A stretch of 64,000 nucleotides of DNA, from the NCBI GenBank assembly GCA_033764955.1, contig JANRIL010000038.1, positions 96,001 to 160,000 on the forward strand, read 5' to 3'. Origin of the DNA: Cyanobacteriota bacterium. GTDB lineage: Bacteria; Cyanobacteriota; Cyanobacteriia; Thermostichales; Thermostichaceae. The notes beneath the pieces are model-generated. The model was given only the letters and a program-made list of their open reading frames with translations. It was not told where the DNA came from and did no database searches. The position numbers were made by a program, and so were the translations under genes. Below are positions 1 through 9,837 of the stretch, one piece after another (the first letter of the stretch is position 1; each line of letters starts with the position of its first letter).

Positions 1-1580
1 ACATGGCTATCCACCAGGGAGTCTTCGTGGGGGAGTTGCAAGCTGCGTACTTCTGTCTGGATAGTTCTGGCCACCTGAAGCGCTCCTTCCAGATGGGTAT
101 TGGGCAGAATCACCGCAAACTCCTCCCCTCCATAGCGAGCGACCAGATCACGGGGGCGCTTGGTGGCTCGGCTGATGGCTTGGGCAATTTGTTGCAGGCA
201 TTCATCTCCCTGTTGATGGCCGTAAGCATCGTTATAAAGTTTGAAACAATCCACGTCACAAAGAATAAGGCTGAGGGGTTCTTGAAATTCTTTCATGCGC
301 TGCCACTCCTGTTGTAGGTAGCTATCGAAGCGGCGACGATTGGCAATGCGGGTTAACCCATCCAAAATAGAGAGGCGCACCAGTTCTTGATTGGCTTTTT
401 GCAGAGCGGCTTCAATGCGTTGACGCTCCTGAATCTCCGATTGCAGTTGTTGAACTTTGTCCTCCATGCCTGTGTAGAGACGGCGTAGGCGCTGGGTCAT
501 TTGGTTGAAAGCTTGCGCCAACACTCCGATTTCGTCCTGGGTGACCACCGGAGCTGTCAGGGTTAAATCTCCAGCCGCAACCTTCGTGGCAGCCTCCGTA
601 ATACGCAAGATCGGATAGGCAATTTGCCGAGCTATCCAGAATACTCCTGCCATGAGCAAAGTGGTCACTAGTAACCCCGTTAGGAGAATGGTCAAAAATA
701 AGCTGCGAGCTGGATAGAAGGCGATAGCGGTCGGTTCTTCCACCAACAACGCCAGTTCACGCCCCGCCAACCAGCGATAGACGCCCATCACTTCCATGCC
801 CCGATAGTTGAGATAAATTCCCTCTCCACTGTTGCCGGCGATGGCGGCATCAATGCCTGGGCTGCGGATCCCTAGTGGAAAGTCAGGACTACCAAAGCGA
901 TCTCCGGCAATCAAGGTATGGTAGGGATCCACCAGATAGGTTTGGGTGGTTTCTCCGGGACGGGGATCCCCCTGCAAAACCCGCAGCATTTTTACCAGAT
1001 CGAGGTGGGTTGCCAACACCCCTACCGGTTTGCCGCTTGTCTCCAGAAGAGGGGTTGCGATGGTGATGGTGGGGTGGGCGGTGACTGGGGAAGCATAGAC
1101 ATTTTGTAGATAGGTTGTTTGTTGACCTTGTACAAAATAGGGATCCTGGGCGCGATGTTGACCTTCATGCCCTTTGTTCGTCGAAACCACCACTTGCCCA
1201 TCGGTGGCATTGAGGATCCCTATTTCTGTAAATTCGGGCCGACTACTTAAAGCAGCCGCTAAATATTGGGATAAGAGGCGGTAAGCGGTTTGGGATTCCG
1301 AAGTAGTCTGGGTAGGCTGTTTGAGTAAGATGGCTGCTTGGGTGCGAATTTCGGGTAGTTGGGCTAAAGCTAAGGTGGCCTCCTGTTGGCTATCAATCCA
1401 GAGATTGAGGGTATCTGCCTTCAAATTGGCGGTGGCATTGAGACTCTCAAATAAAACTTCCTCCAAATCAGCGCGGGCTTGCATAAAAGTCAATCCACCC
1501 ACAATGCCCACCAACAGCAGGGACAGCAGAGAATAGTAAAGAATCAGCTTGACAATCAAGCTTTGAAAGGCTGCCTTCAC
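1..1580 (-). CDS. Membrane-bound diguanylate cyclase (TM - periplasmic Cache-like - TM - HAMP - GGDEF), 3' end truncated by the window edge
   Basis: Not in the ORF track; translated by hand. GTG at 1580 gives MKAAFQSLIVKLILYYSLLSLLLVGIVGG (TM). HAMP-like segment ...VVTQDEIGVLAQAFNQMT. In-frame GGDEF domain LDGLTRIANRRRFD...DVDCFKLYNDAYGHQQGDECL...KRPRDLVARYGGEEF with RxxD I-site. Confidence 0.9.
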   Translation of the reverse strand, partial: MKAAFQSLIVKLILYYSLLSLLLVGIVGGLTFMQARADLEEVLFESLNATANLKADTLNLWIDSQQEATLALAQLPEIRTQAAILLKQPTQTTSESQTAYRLLSQYLAAALSSRPEFTEIGILNATDGQVVVSTNKGHEGQHRAQDPYFVQGQQTTYLQNVYASPVTAHPTITIATPLLETSGKPVGVLATHLDLVKMLRVLQGDPRPGETTQTYLVDPYHTLIAGDRFGSPDFPLGIRSPGIDAAIAGNSGEGIYLNYRGMEVMGVYRWLAGRELALLVEEPTAIAFYPARSLFLTILLTGLLVTTLLMAGVFWIARQIAYPILRITEAATKVAAGDLTLTAPVVTQDEIGVLAQAFNQMTQRLRRLYTGMEDKVQQLQSEIQERQRIEAALQKANQELVRLSILDGLTRIANRRRFDSYLQQEWQRMKEFQEPLSLILCDVDCFKLYNDAYGHQQGDECLQQIAQAISRATKRPRDLVARYGGEEFAVILPNTHLEGALQVARTIQTEVRSLQLPHEDSLVDSH

Positions 1581-1673
1581 AAACTGACCTACGGAAAATA
1601 CAGGGTGGCCTTTGACCTATCCGGAAATAGGGATCCAGATCCCCATCGTCTGATTTTATCCCTTCGCTGAGGC

Positions 1674-3404
1674 TTAACGAGCCGTGCGGGTGATCTGCCA
1701 ACTTAAAATGATCACGGGCAACAAACCCACCGCCACAATCGCTAGGGCTGGGCCTGCTGCTTCGGTCAAGCGTTCGTCAGCAGCCAGTTGATAGGCGCGC
1801 ACCGCCAACGTGTCAAAGTTGAAGGGACGGATCACCATCGTGGCGGGCAGTTCCTTCATCACATCCACAAAGACCAAGAGAGCAGACGTCAGCAGGCTAC
1901 CCCCCAAGAGTGGCGCATGAATCCGCCGCAAAATCTGGCCGGCATCCCCACCCAGGCTACGGGCGGCCTCGTCCAAATGGGGTTTGATTTTGGTCAAACC
2001 TGCTTCTACAGTATGAAAGGCCACCGCCAAAAACCGCACAAGATAGGCAAAAATGAGGGCTGTGATCGTCCCACTCAGCAGTAGCCCTGTGGAAACCCCC
2101 AGGTATTGCCGCATCCAACCATCCACCCAGTTATCTAGGCGGCCCAGTGGGATCAAGACCCCCACGGCGATTACGGATCCCGGAAGGGCATACCCCATGG
2201 CGGCCAACCGTACCGTCAACTGAAGACTCACGACCGGATAGAGCCGCACCCCATAGGCCATTAACAGCGCCAAAACCACTGCCAGACAGGCACTTATTCC
2301 GGCTAGCAGCAAACTGTGGGATCCATATAGCCAGGTGCGGGCATTCAAGGTTTGGGAGGGATTTTCTAGGGCGAGCCGTAGGAGCAATCCGGCGGGCAGG
2401 AGAAACCCCAGCAGGATCGGGATCCCGCAGGCCAAACCCGCTGCCCACGCCCGTAGACCCTTGAGGGGGTATCGGGGTAGGGGGTGTTGTCCCCCCACTT
2501 GGTGATAGCGGGCGCGCTGGCGGAAGACTTGTTCGATCAACAATAAAATCAGGACAAACAACAACAAGAAAGCCGCTAACTGAGCCGCCGCCACCCGCTC
2601 CCCAAAGCCAAACCAAGTGCGATAAATGCCCGTCGTAAAGGTTTCGACCCCAAAATACTGCACCGTGCCAAAGTCATTGAGGGTTTCCATGAGGGCGAGC
2701 GCCAGACCAGCCACGACAGAGGGACGGGCTAACGGCAATGCAACCCGCCAAAAGCTGCGCCACGGCCCCTGCCCCAACGAACGGCTCACCTCCAAAATGC
2801 AGGTGGATTGCTCCAAAAAGGCCACCCGTGCCACCAGATAGACATAGGGATAGAGGACTAGCGTCAGTAGCGCCATAGCTCCCGGCAAGGAGCGAATATT
2901 GGGGAACCAATAGTCGTGGACGCTCCAACCCAACCACTGGCGTAATTGAGTTTGTAGGGGGCCGGTAAATTGCAGAAAATCAGTATAGACATAGGCCAAA
3001 ACGTAGGCAGGAGCGGCTAGGGGCAGCAGTAATCCCCACTCCATCCATCCTCGCATCGGGAACTGACACATGCTGACCAGCCAAGCGGTGGTCACCCCGA
3101 TCACTAGGGATCCTATCCCCACCCCCAGCATCAAAAGCAGAGAGTTGCGGATGTAGCGACCCAGCACCGTATCCACCAAATGCTGCCAGATCTGATGGGT
3201 ATCACTCCATACACTGCTCACCACAAACAGTACAGGCACTAACACCAACCCAGCCAATAATCCCGTCAGCAGGAGCCAGCCCAGGGATCCCATGGGGAAC
3301 CAGAGGGATTTCCGCCAACCCGCGAAGGACGGGGGAAGGGGAGGATTAGGGATCCCGTCATGCATGCTCGAACTACTCCCGATGTTTTCCCTGAGTGCAG
3401 GCAA
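1674..3404 (-). CDS. futB: Fe(III) ABC transporter permease (FutB/FbpB-like)
   Basis: Two-repeat permease with two EAA-like loops (EVSRSLG, EAARSLG); DFGTVQYFGVETFTTGIY; MKELPAT. Confidence 0.85.
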   Translation of the reverse strand: MPALRENIGSSSSMHDGIPNPPLPPSFAGWRKSLWFPMGSLGWLLLTGLLAGLVLVPVLFVVSSVWSDTHQIWQHLVDTVLGRYIRNSLLLMLGVGIGSLVIGVTTAWLVSMCQFPMRGWMEWGLLLPLAAPAYVLAYVYTDFLQFTGPLQTQLRQWLGWSVHDYWFPNIRSLPGAMALLTLVLYPYVYLVARVAFLEQSTCILEVSRSLGQGPWRSFWRVALPLARPSVVAGLALALMETLNDFGTVQYFGVETFTTGIYRTWFGFGERVAAAQLAAFLLLFVLILLLIEQVFRQRARYHQVGGQHPLPRYPLKGLRAWAAGLACGIPILLGFLLPAGLLLRLALENPSQTLNARTWLYGSHSLLLAGISACLAVVLALLMAYGVRLYPVVSLQLTVRLAAMGYALPGSVIAVGVLIPLGRLDNWVDGWMRQYLGVSTGLLLSGTITALIFAYLVRFLAVAFHTVEAGLTKIKPHLDEAARSLGGDAGQILRRIHAPLLGGSLLTSALLVFVDVMKELPATMVIRPFNFDTLAVRAYQLAADERLTEAAGPALAIVAVGLLPVIILSWQITRTAR

Positions 3405-3495
3405 TCTTTAGCTATGGGGCCACTATCGCAGGCAACCTGGAGGGCAATGGCAATAGGGTACGAGACTTGGTTGGGGAGGACTCTCCCTCGGTTAA

Positions 3496-3954
3496 TCAGG
3501 ATAGCCCCTCGTTCTTCCGGATCCACTCCGCTAGGGATCCCAGCCAGAATTCCAGCCCTTCCCCAAGCTTGCGATTGAACAGCCCACGCAATAGCCAGGG
3601 AAGGAACCCACGCATTTCCTCCTGAACAATGACTTCGGTTGTTGTTGGAGATAGGGCGATAAGTTGCCACTCATTGTGAGCCGTTACCCCCCAAGCCTTG
3701 CCAACAACGGCAAACCTGTGAGGATGGCTCAACTCCACGACCTCCGCCAGGATGCGAGTTCCGTCGTTACTATACTCAAACCGCTTGCCAACCTCCAGAG
3801 GTGGCACAAACCTCATATCTCTAACCCGTGAATACCAAGTTGGCCACTCACCAATTCGGGTGAGCTGATCCCACACCACTTCAATCGGGGCAGAGATTAT
3901 CTGACGGCGCTTCTGTAGAACTACTGACATTAATCTCCCTGTAGCCTGAGTCAT
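3496..3954 (-). CDS. SRPBCC/polyketide cyclase family protein
   Basis: ISAPIEVVWDQLTRIGEWPTW N-terminal signature; ~150 aa. Confidence 0.8.
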   Translation of the reverse strand: MTQATGRLMSVVLQKRRQIISAPIEVVWDQLTRIGEWPTWYSRVRDMRFVPPLEVGKRFEYSNDGTRILAEVVELSHPHRFAVVGKAWGVTAHNEWQLIALSPTTTEVIVQEEMRGFLPWLLRGLFNRKLGEGLEFWLGSLAEWIRKNEGLS

Positions 3955-4275
3955 GGTTAGCTTGGCTGAAAATGCGGCAGTCTGGCCAACCTGTCAAATC
4001 TCTACTATCCTGGGGTTTGACATTTCTGAGCTTGCCATTAAATCAACCATAGTTTTGCTTGTTGAAAAAAAGTTCATCCTGAGATGGCGGAGGAAATCTT
4101 TCCCATCATTCTTGTAGTAATCCCGACCCTTATTTTACCTATCCTAAGCAATACCTGTGTTTTCAGATCAAGTGTTAACGAACCCACGGAATACGCCACT
4201 CACCCACGGGGTGAGGATGGATAGCTGACAACCCCAACCTTTCAGATATCGATTAGAGCGAGCCGTAGGCCAAGA

Positions 4276-5196
4276 CTATTTGAAGCGGCGCATTCCTCGG
4301 CTGAGGGGATCAAATCCATCATCAAATTGGGTTTTATGGTCAAAACTTGCTCCCCAGAGGGTGGCTCGCTCCAGGTTGGATCCCTTGAGAGAGGCTCCAT
4401 TCAAATCGGCACACCACAGATAGGCCATCCACAAATTCGCCTGGGTGCAATCCGCCGAGCGCAGGTTCGCCGAGCGCAGCTCCACCGCTCTCAGATCGGC
4501 CTCCAGCAATTTGGCTCGGCTGAGATTAGCCTTGCTCAGATAGGCTCCCCAAAGAATGGCTTTGCTGAGATCAGCGTCGCTCAGGTCAGCATCGCTCAGA
4601 TTGGCTTCGCTCAAATTGGCTTCGCTTAAGTTGCTTTTGTTGAGATAAGCCAACCAGAGATTTGAGCCACTCAGGTTTGCTTTCGACAAATTGGCGGAGC
4701 GCAGATCCACACCGCGCAGGTCAGCCTTACTCAAATCTGCTTTATAAAGACAGGAGCGCCAGAGGGTAGCCCCCCAGAGATCGGCTCCACTCAAGCAGGA
4801 GGCCGTCAAGTCACTGGAAAACAAATTCGCTTCCCCCAAGTTAGCACCGCTTAAGTCGGTTTCTCGGATCGCCGCCTCGCTCAGATTGGCTCCTTTGAGG
4901 GAGGCTCCACTCAACCCCGCCCCACTTAAATCGGCTCCGCTCAAACTCGCACCACTCAAATCCGCCAGCCAAAGGTTGGTTCCTGCCAGATTGGCTCGGC
5001 TCAAAAACGCCTCAAAGAGATTGATGCCACTTAGATCCAAACCGCTGAGATCGGCTCCAAACAAATTGGCTCGCTCGAAGTCGCGTTCTCCCGCCTCAAA
5101 GCGACGCAACAACTCATCAGCATTACTGACATGATGGGAATTTTGAGTCACGTTGAGCATGGGGGGAAGGGGAGGAGGTAACCTTTGTTCTATCAT
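4276..5196 (-). CDS. Pentapeptide repeat protein
   Basis: ELLRRFEAGERDF followed by long A(D/N)LSG/EANLS runs. Confidence 0.95.
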   Translation of the reverse strand: MIEQRLPPPLPPMLNVTQNSHHVSNADELLRRFEAGERDFERANLFGADLSGLDLSGINLFEAFLSRANLAGTNLWLADLSGASLSGADLSGAGLSGASLKGANLSEAAIRETDLSGANLGEANLFSSDLTASCLSGADLWGATLWRSCLYKADLSKADLRGVDLRSANLSKANLSGSNLWLAYLNKSNLSEANLSEANLSDADLSDADLSKAILWGAYLSKANLSRAKLLEADLRAVELRSANLRSADCTQANLWMAYLWCADLNGASLKGSNLERATLWGASFDHKTQFDDGFDPLSRGMRRFK

Positions 5197-5305
5197 GCTG
5201 GCTTACTTGGGCGGATCCACAAAAAAGATTCGGAATCACCCCCAAGGAAGCGGCGAGGCCGAACGATAGAAACCCTTTTGATGCCAGTCTGGGTAACTCA
5301 GCCAT

Positions 5306-5917
5306 TCACGATAGCGGGATCCAAGGAGAAAAATCTTCTTTTTTGACAAACTGAAAAGGTCCAGATAGGGATCCCCAGATGACTTTGTCGGTGACGGGAT
5401 CGCGGCCTTGGTCGAGGCTATGAAAATAGCTTTCCGCGATCGTAAATTCACTGTGCAGATAGGTTTCTTGCTCTTTGCGAAAAACTCGACAGGTTTTGCC
5501 GGGAATCGAGCAACCTTGAAAAATTTCTCCCGTCCACATAACCTGGGTCACACAACCAGTTAGGAGATCCAATTCGTCAGCAGTTAACCCGTGGAGGCGA
5601 CTCCGATCCTGACCCGCTCCTACCCAGCGCTGGGGATGAATCAGGCCATAGTTTTGAATCTGGATCCCCTCGGCAGTTTCCCCCAGAGCCAGCACCCGTT
5701 GCCGATAGGGTTGATCGGGATAAATATCATAGGTTTGCTCCACATAAAACCCCAATCCCCCCACAACCGAGAGGGGTAGCGGACATTGGTAGACATGGAT
5801 GTTGGCAAACCAGACCGGTTCGGCAATCGCTTGGGCAAAGTTGTTGAAGTGCCCTGCCATCCACACCGCTAGCTGTCGCAGCAAAGGAGAGGGATCCGAG
5901 AAAGTGGCCGAGGTCAT
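5306..5917 (-). CDS. cpcT: CpcT/CpeT family phycobiliprotein lyase
   Basis: WMAGHFNNFAQA, EQTYD...PYRQR, SLDQGRDP...WGS..GPFQF motifs. Confidence 0.88.
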   Translation of the reverse strand: MTSATFSDPSPLLRQLAVWMAGHFNNFAQAIAEPVWFANIHVYQCPLPLSVVGGLGFYVEQTYDIYPDQPYRQRVLALGETAEGIQIQNYGLIHPQRWVGAGQDRSRLHGLTADELDLLTGCVTQVMWTGEIFQGCSIPGKTCRVFRKEQETYLHSEFTIAESYFHSLDQGRDPVTDKVIWGSLSGPFQFVKKEDFSPWIPLS

Positions 5918-8307
5918 GGGGAAATCGCCGCGTCGTCACGTTCTAGCATAGCGGCTACGGTTTCATAGCTACTGCCATACCAGCGTTGCAGTTTCTCCAA
6001 TTCTTCGGCCAGGGATCCGGTGGGCGGAAAGGTTTCACAGGGATAGTGCAGCGCCCGCAGGCCCGCCACCAGGGTAGACGGAGCCAGCCACCATTGTTGG
6101 GCTAGGCGCAACAGATCGACTTGATCATGGCTTTGCAGATGGTGGTGCAGTTGACGGCGGATCCCTTCCGGGGGCAGTAGGGGGACGACCTGCTGATGCA
6201 CATAAACCCGTAGCTGCTCTCCGGTGGGGGGGGTAGAGGCCAATAGCCAAGCCAAATGGGTGATCGAGGGGGGCCAACTCCAGAGGAAGAGATGGTCATA
6301 GTGATAGCCCCCTTGGGGACGGTCGTAGTGTAGGGTTAGCCCCTGATCGGGATCCCCCTGAGGGGAGGGGGTTTGCGGCACCTGCGGACGGCGATAACCG
6401 TAGAGCAAAGCAGTGCCCTGGCAAGTGGGCAAGAGGATGGACAGGCGATCCAGGGGGTGCCAGTGCAGGCGGTGGGGAATGGGGGGAGCCGGACGATAAA
6501 CAATCGTCGGGTGAGGGGTGAGGGCGTTTGCTGGGGAGGAAGTGGGGGTAGGCATGGGCGGGGACACAGGCAAGCGGGGTAAATCCGATGAACTGGCTTG
6601 AATGCCTTTGATCTGAAGTTGCAATTCCGTTTCTCCCTGCCAGTGATGGAGGGTGAGGCTATAGGCCAAATGAACGGAACGGGGCAGCGGATAAGCCATC
6701 CCATATTTCCAGGCAATCCCCGAAAATGGGCGTCCTCCCTGGGGATCCCGCACCTGCACGCGCAGATGAGATCCCTCCCGTCCGAAGGTGGATTGGCGGA
6801 TAACCTGGAGATGGCGGCTAGAGAAGACGGGTTCTTGATTGCCAATGCCGCAGGGTTGCAACTGCTGGATTTGTTGATAGAGATCCATCGTCATGGCGTT
6901 CAGATCGGTTTCGGCATCAATCACCACCAGGGGTTGAATATGATCCGCCTCCAGGCAGGTTTGGGCATAGTGGCGCAGGGCTTCTTCCAGGGCAGGCCAT
7001 TGCTCCGCCATCATGCTAAATCCGCCCGCCGCAGTATGTCCGCCGTGTTTGAGAAAGAGGTGTTGACAACTTTCTAGCGCCTGAAAAACATGGAATTCTG
7101 GGATCCCGCGGGCTGAGCCACGAATTTCCCCTTTGGCGGTGGATCCAATAAAGACGGGGGCACCGTAGCGTTCCACAAGGCGAGAGGCCACAATCCCGAT
7201 CACCCCATGATGCCAGTCTGTGCCCAAGACCGTCAGCACCCGCTCGGTTTGGGGATCCCAACCGGAGGCCTCAATCTGTTCAATAGCGGCCTCCTCAATT
7301 TCCCGACAAAGGCGTTGGCGCTCTTGGTTAAGGGCTTCACACTCCTGGGCTAAGGTTTGCGCGTGGACGGGATCATCGGTGGTCAGCAAATCAATCACCA
7401 CCTGCGGCTGAGCCAAACGTCCCACTGCGTTGATGCGCGGACCTAAGCCAAAACCAATCGCCTCCGGTTGCAGATCCCGCTGCTGATCCAATCCGGTCAC
7501 CCGCAGCAGGGCTTGAATGCCAGGAATCTGGGAACTGGGGAGGAGTTGCAGCCCCTGCTTGACCCACAGCCGATTTACCCCCGTCAGCGGAGCCAGATCG
7601 GCAATCGTCCCTAAAGTAAACAGCTCCAGGAGGGGGCGCTGCAAGGTGATGGGATCCCCCATTCGCTCGCAGAGGTGCAGAGCCAGCAAATAGGCCACAC
7701 CGACCCCCGCCATCCCCTGATAGGGAGAGGGATCCGCAATCAACTTAGGATTCAAGATGGCATCGGCAGGCGGCAACATCGTCGGCAGGTCATGGTGATC
7801 CGTGACAATCACCGTCAATCCCAGTTGTTTCGCTCGCTCAATCGCCGCCACCGCCGCAATGCCATTGTCTACCGTGATGATCAAACCCACCCCTGACGCC
7901 GCCAAATCTTCAACCATTCGCTGATTCAGACCGTAGCCCTCGGTCATGCGGCTAGGAATCTGATAATCGGCTGCGCCTCCCCAAAAGCGTAGGGTACGCA
8001 ACAGGAGTGCCGTGCTGGTCATGCCATCCGCGTCATAATCTCCACAAATGGCCATTTTTTGCTGATCCGCAAGCGCCTGCTGCAAAAGATCGACGCAGAA
8101 GGACAAATCGACAAAATCGCGGGTGGGATCCGGCAGTTGGGTAGGTGTGGATCCCAAAAAGTGAGCAATCTCTTCGCTGTCTCGCAAACCGCGATTGAGC
8201 AAAACCTGGGCAACGAGAGGATACAGATAGGTCTGGCGAGCGATCTCTGCCGCTTGCTCCACTTGAGGTGGATACTGTTGCCAACGTTGGGGAGGCAAGC
8301 TAGCCAT
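5914..8307 (-). CDS. recJ: Single-stranded-DNA-specific exonuclease RecJ with C-terminal extension
   Basis: GDYDADG, TVDNG, TDHH, GPRINAVGRL, RGSARG, GGHTAAGG (DHH/DHHA1). ATG at 8307 overlaps the upstream stop. Confidence 0.95.
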   Translation of the reverse strand: MASLPPQRWQQYPPQVEQAAEIARQTYLYPLVAQVLLNRGLRDSEEIAHFLGSTPTQLPDPTRDFVDLSFCVDLLQQALADQQKMAICGDYDADGMTSTALLLRTLRFWGGAADYQIPSRMTEGYGLNQRMVEDLAASGVGLIITVDNGIAAVAAIERAKQLGLTVIVTDHHDLPTMLPPADAILNPKLIADPSPYQGMAGVGVAYLLALHLCERMGDPITLQRPLLELFTLGTIADLAPLTGVNRLWVKQGLQLLPSSQIPGIQALLRVTGLDQQRDLQPEAIGFGLGPRINAVGRLAQPQVVIDLLTTDDPVHAQTLAQECEALNQERQRLCREIEEAAIEQIEASGWDPQTERVLTVLGTDWHHGVIGIVASRLVERYGAPVFIGSTAKGEIRGSARGIPEFHVFQALESCQHLFLKHGGHTAAGGFSMMAEQWPALEEALRHYAQTCLEADHIQPLVVIDAETDLNAMTMDLYQQIQQLQPCGIGNQEPVFSSRHLQVIRQSTFGREGSHLRVQVRDPQGGRPFSGIAWKYGMAYPLPRSVHLAYSLTLHHWQGETELQLQIKGIQASSSDLPRLPVSPPMPTPTSSPANALTPHPTIVYRPAPPIPHRLHWHPLDRLSILLPTCQGTALLYGYRRPQVPQTPSPQGDPDQGLTLHYDRPQGGYHYDHLFLWSWPPSITHLAWLLASTPPTGEQLRVYVHQQVVPLLPPEGIRRQLHHHLQSHDQVDLLRLAQQWWLAPSTLVAGLRALHYPCETFPPTGSLAEELEKLQRWYGSSYETVAAMLERDDAAISP

Positions 8308-8851
8308 GTGGTGGGATCCCTGGTTGAGGTTGCCGCGACCAACAATAGCCGCAAACATACCAACGATTGAGTTCCGCTTCAGGAGCAGGACAACGGCACT
8401 GGGGGCAGGGGGGCATCTTTAACTGGGTCTGTTTGACGTGCCTAGCCCAGCGCTCAAAAGCTTCTTGGGGGGTAGCGGCGGGATCCTCTACTGACTCCTT
8501 TTTGGCTCTGGCTGGCTCATGAACCCTGCCCAAGGACGGGGGGGTATGGGACAAGGCTTGACGATGCCATTCAGCGGGGGAAAAGCGGATATCCCGCAAC
8601 GAAGCGGACAAGGCGGCATTGAGCTTGCTGAGGATGAGGGGGCGCTGAAAGGCCAAGTTTTGTGCCCAGGCGGAAGTAGAGGTAGCCACCTGCAAAACCT
8701 GCTTCTGGATGCTGACCGGATGGGTATGGGCAGACACCGCCACTCCGACCACTTGCGGCCAAATCTGGGTGACCCTGCCCAACAAACGATAATCCGCCCA
8801 ATGGGGATCCCTTTGGACTTGTTGCAAAACCTGATCCAGAGAACTCAACAC
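8300..8851 (-). CDS. DUF721 / DciA-family protein with C-terminal Zn ribbon
   Basis: WPQVVG..VSAHT.P...LQVATSTSAWAQNL..IRF; CPQC...WYVCGYC. Start at GTG 8851 is inferred. Confidence 0.8.
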   Translation of the reverse strand: MLSSLDQVLQQVQRDPHWADYRLLGRVTQIWPQVVGVAVSAHTHPVSIQKQVLQVATSTSAWAQNLAFQRPLILSKLNAALSASLRDIRFSPAEWHRQALSHTPPSLGRVHEPARAKKESVEDPAATPQEAFERWARHVKQTQLKMPPCPQCRCPAPEAELNRWYVCGYCWSRQPQPGIPPHG

Positions 8852-8889
8852 AGAAGGATCCCGACCATCCTTACGAGAATAGCTCCAGG

Positions 8890-8985
8890 CTAGCCCCCAT
8901 AGGCAAAGGTAACCAGCAACAAAACCGACAACAGAATGCCCGGACTGAGCAGAAGAATTAATTCCAGCAATTCGTGGGTAGGCAT
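8890..8985 (-). CDS. Putative 31-aa single-pass membrane micro-protein MPTHELLELILLLSPGILLSVLLLVTFAYGG
   Basis: ATG at 8985 to TAG ending at 8890; one hydrophobic helix; co-oriented between bioY and DUF721; below the ORF-track cutoff. Confidence 0.6.
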   Translation of the reverse strand: MPTHELLELILLLSPGILLSVLLLVTFAYGG

Positions 8986-9135
8986 GATGGCTCACGGAAA
9001 TTAGGATACAACGCGCAGGCATGGGGATGGGTGTCGTCCCCCCTTGTTTGTTTTTAGGATCCGGTACAATCAGCCCAGACAAGGCAAATCTTTAGGGTTT
9101 ATTCCGCTCTGCTCATCGGCAGACATTCAAGACAA

Positions 9136-9813
9136 CTAATACAAGAGGACCCGCCGCAGAATCACCGCCAGCAAAGCCACCCCCACAGTTACCAGCAATT
9201 GCCCCGGCAGCAGATAACCGGAGTAGTTTTGCACCAATTCCAGCAAGTTGGCATCCCAGGGTTGGCTGGCGAGTAGATAGGTCAGCCCCGTCACATGAAT
9301 CGAGAGCAGCCCCGCCAAGCCCGCCACCATCATCTCGATCAGACTCTTGGGGCGGAGGGATCCCCGATTGGGCGAGGGGTTACGCGGATCCCGTTGCCTG
9401 TGGGGGGGGAAGGGAGAACTGGCGGAAGTCCGACTAACTGAGGCAGGCAGGGATGAGGCGGCGGAAGGACGGAAGGCAATCGTGCCACAGATCCAGGCTG
9501 CCGGTAAGAACCCCACCAAATAGCCCAAGCTAGGACGGTAGAGGTAATCAAGTCCCCCCCCTTCACTAAAGATTTGTCGTCCCACCAGCAACCCCAAGCC
9601 CAAATAGATGACCTGGGCATAAACCCCCGCCGTTGGGCCTGCTAAAGTTGCCGTCAGGAGAACGCCAGCAATTTGCAAAGAAAAGTGATACCCACCAATC
9701 CAAGGAACCGTACTGGGGATAGCTACCTGCAAGAGCGTTCCTACCACCGTCAAAATCACCCCAATGGCTGTCCAGATAATGTCGAGGGGCGATAACAAAA
9801 ATACAAATTTCAT
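9136..9813 (-). CDS. bioY: Biotin transporter BioY (paralog 1)
   Basis: FSLQIAGVLL...YLGLGL..FSEGGG...PSLGYLVGF. Confidence 0.85.
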   Translation of the reverse strand: MKFVFLLSPLDIIWTAIGVILTVVGTLLQVAIPSTVPWIGGYHFSLQIAGVLLTATLAGPTAGVYAQVIYLGLGLLVGRQIFSEGGGLDYLYRPSLGYLVGFLPAAWICGTIAFRPSAASSLPASVSRTSASSPFPPHRQRDPRNPSPNRGSLRPKSLIEMMVAGLAGLLSIHVTGLTYLLASQPWDANLLELVQNYSGYLLPGQLLVTVGVALLAVILRRVLLY

Positions 9814-9837
9814 GGGGTAAGCAAGACATCTATTTCT

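Noticed and set aside
3992..4215. Two hairpins (TGTCAAATCTC/GGGGTTTGACA; CTCACCC-ACG-GGGTGAG) as IS200/605 ends or sRNA
   Set aside because: No tnpA/tnpB nearby and single copy in the window; could be plain terminators
4330..5080. Periodic DNA repeats as a possible CRISPR or tandem array
   Set aside because: Explained by pentapeptide-repeat codons; no constant repeat with unique spacers
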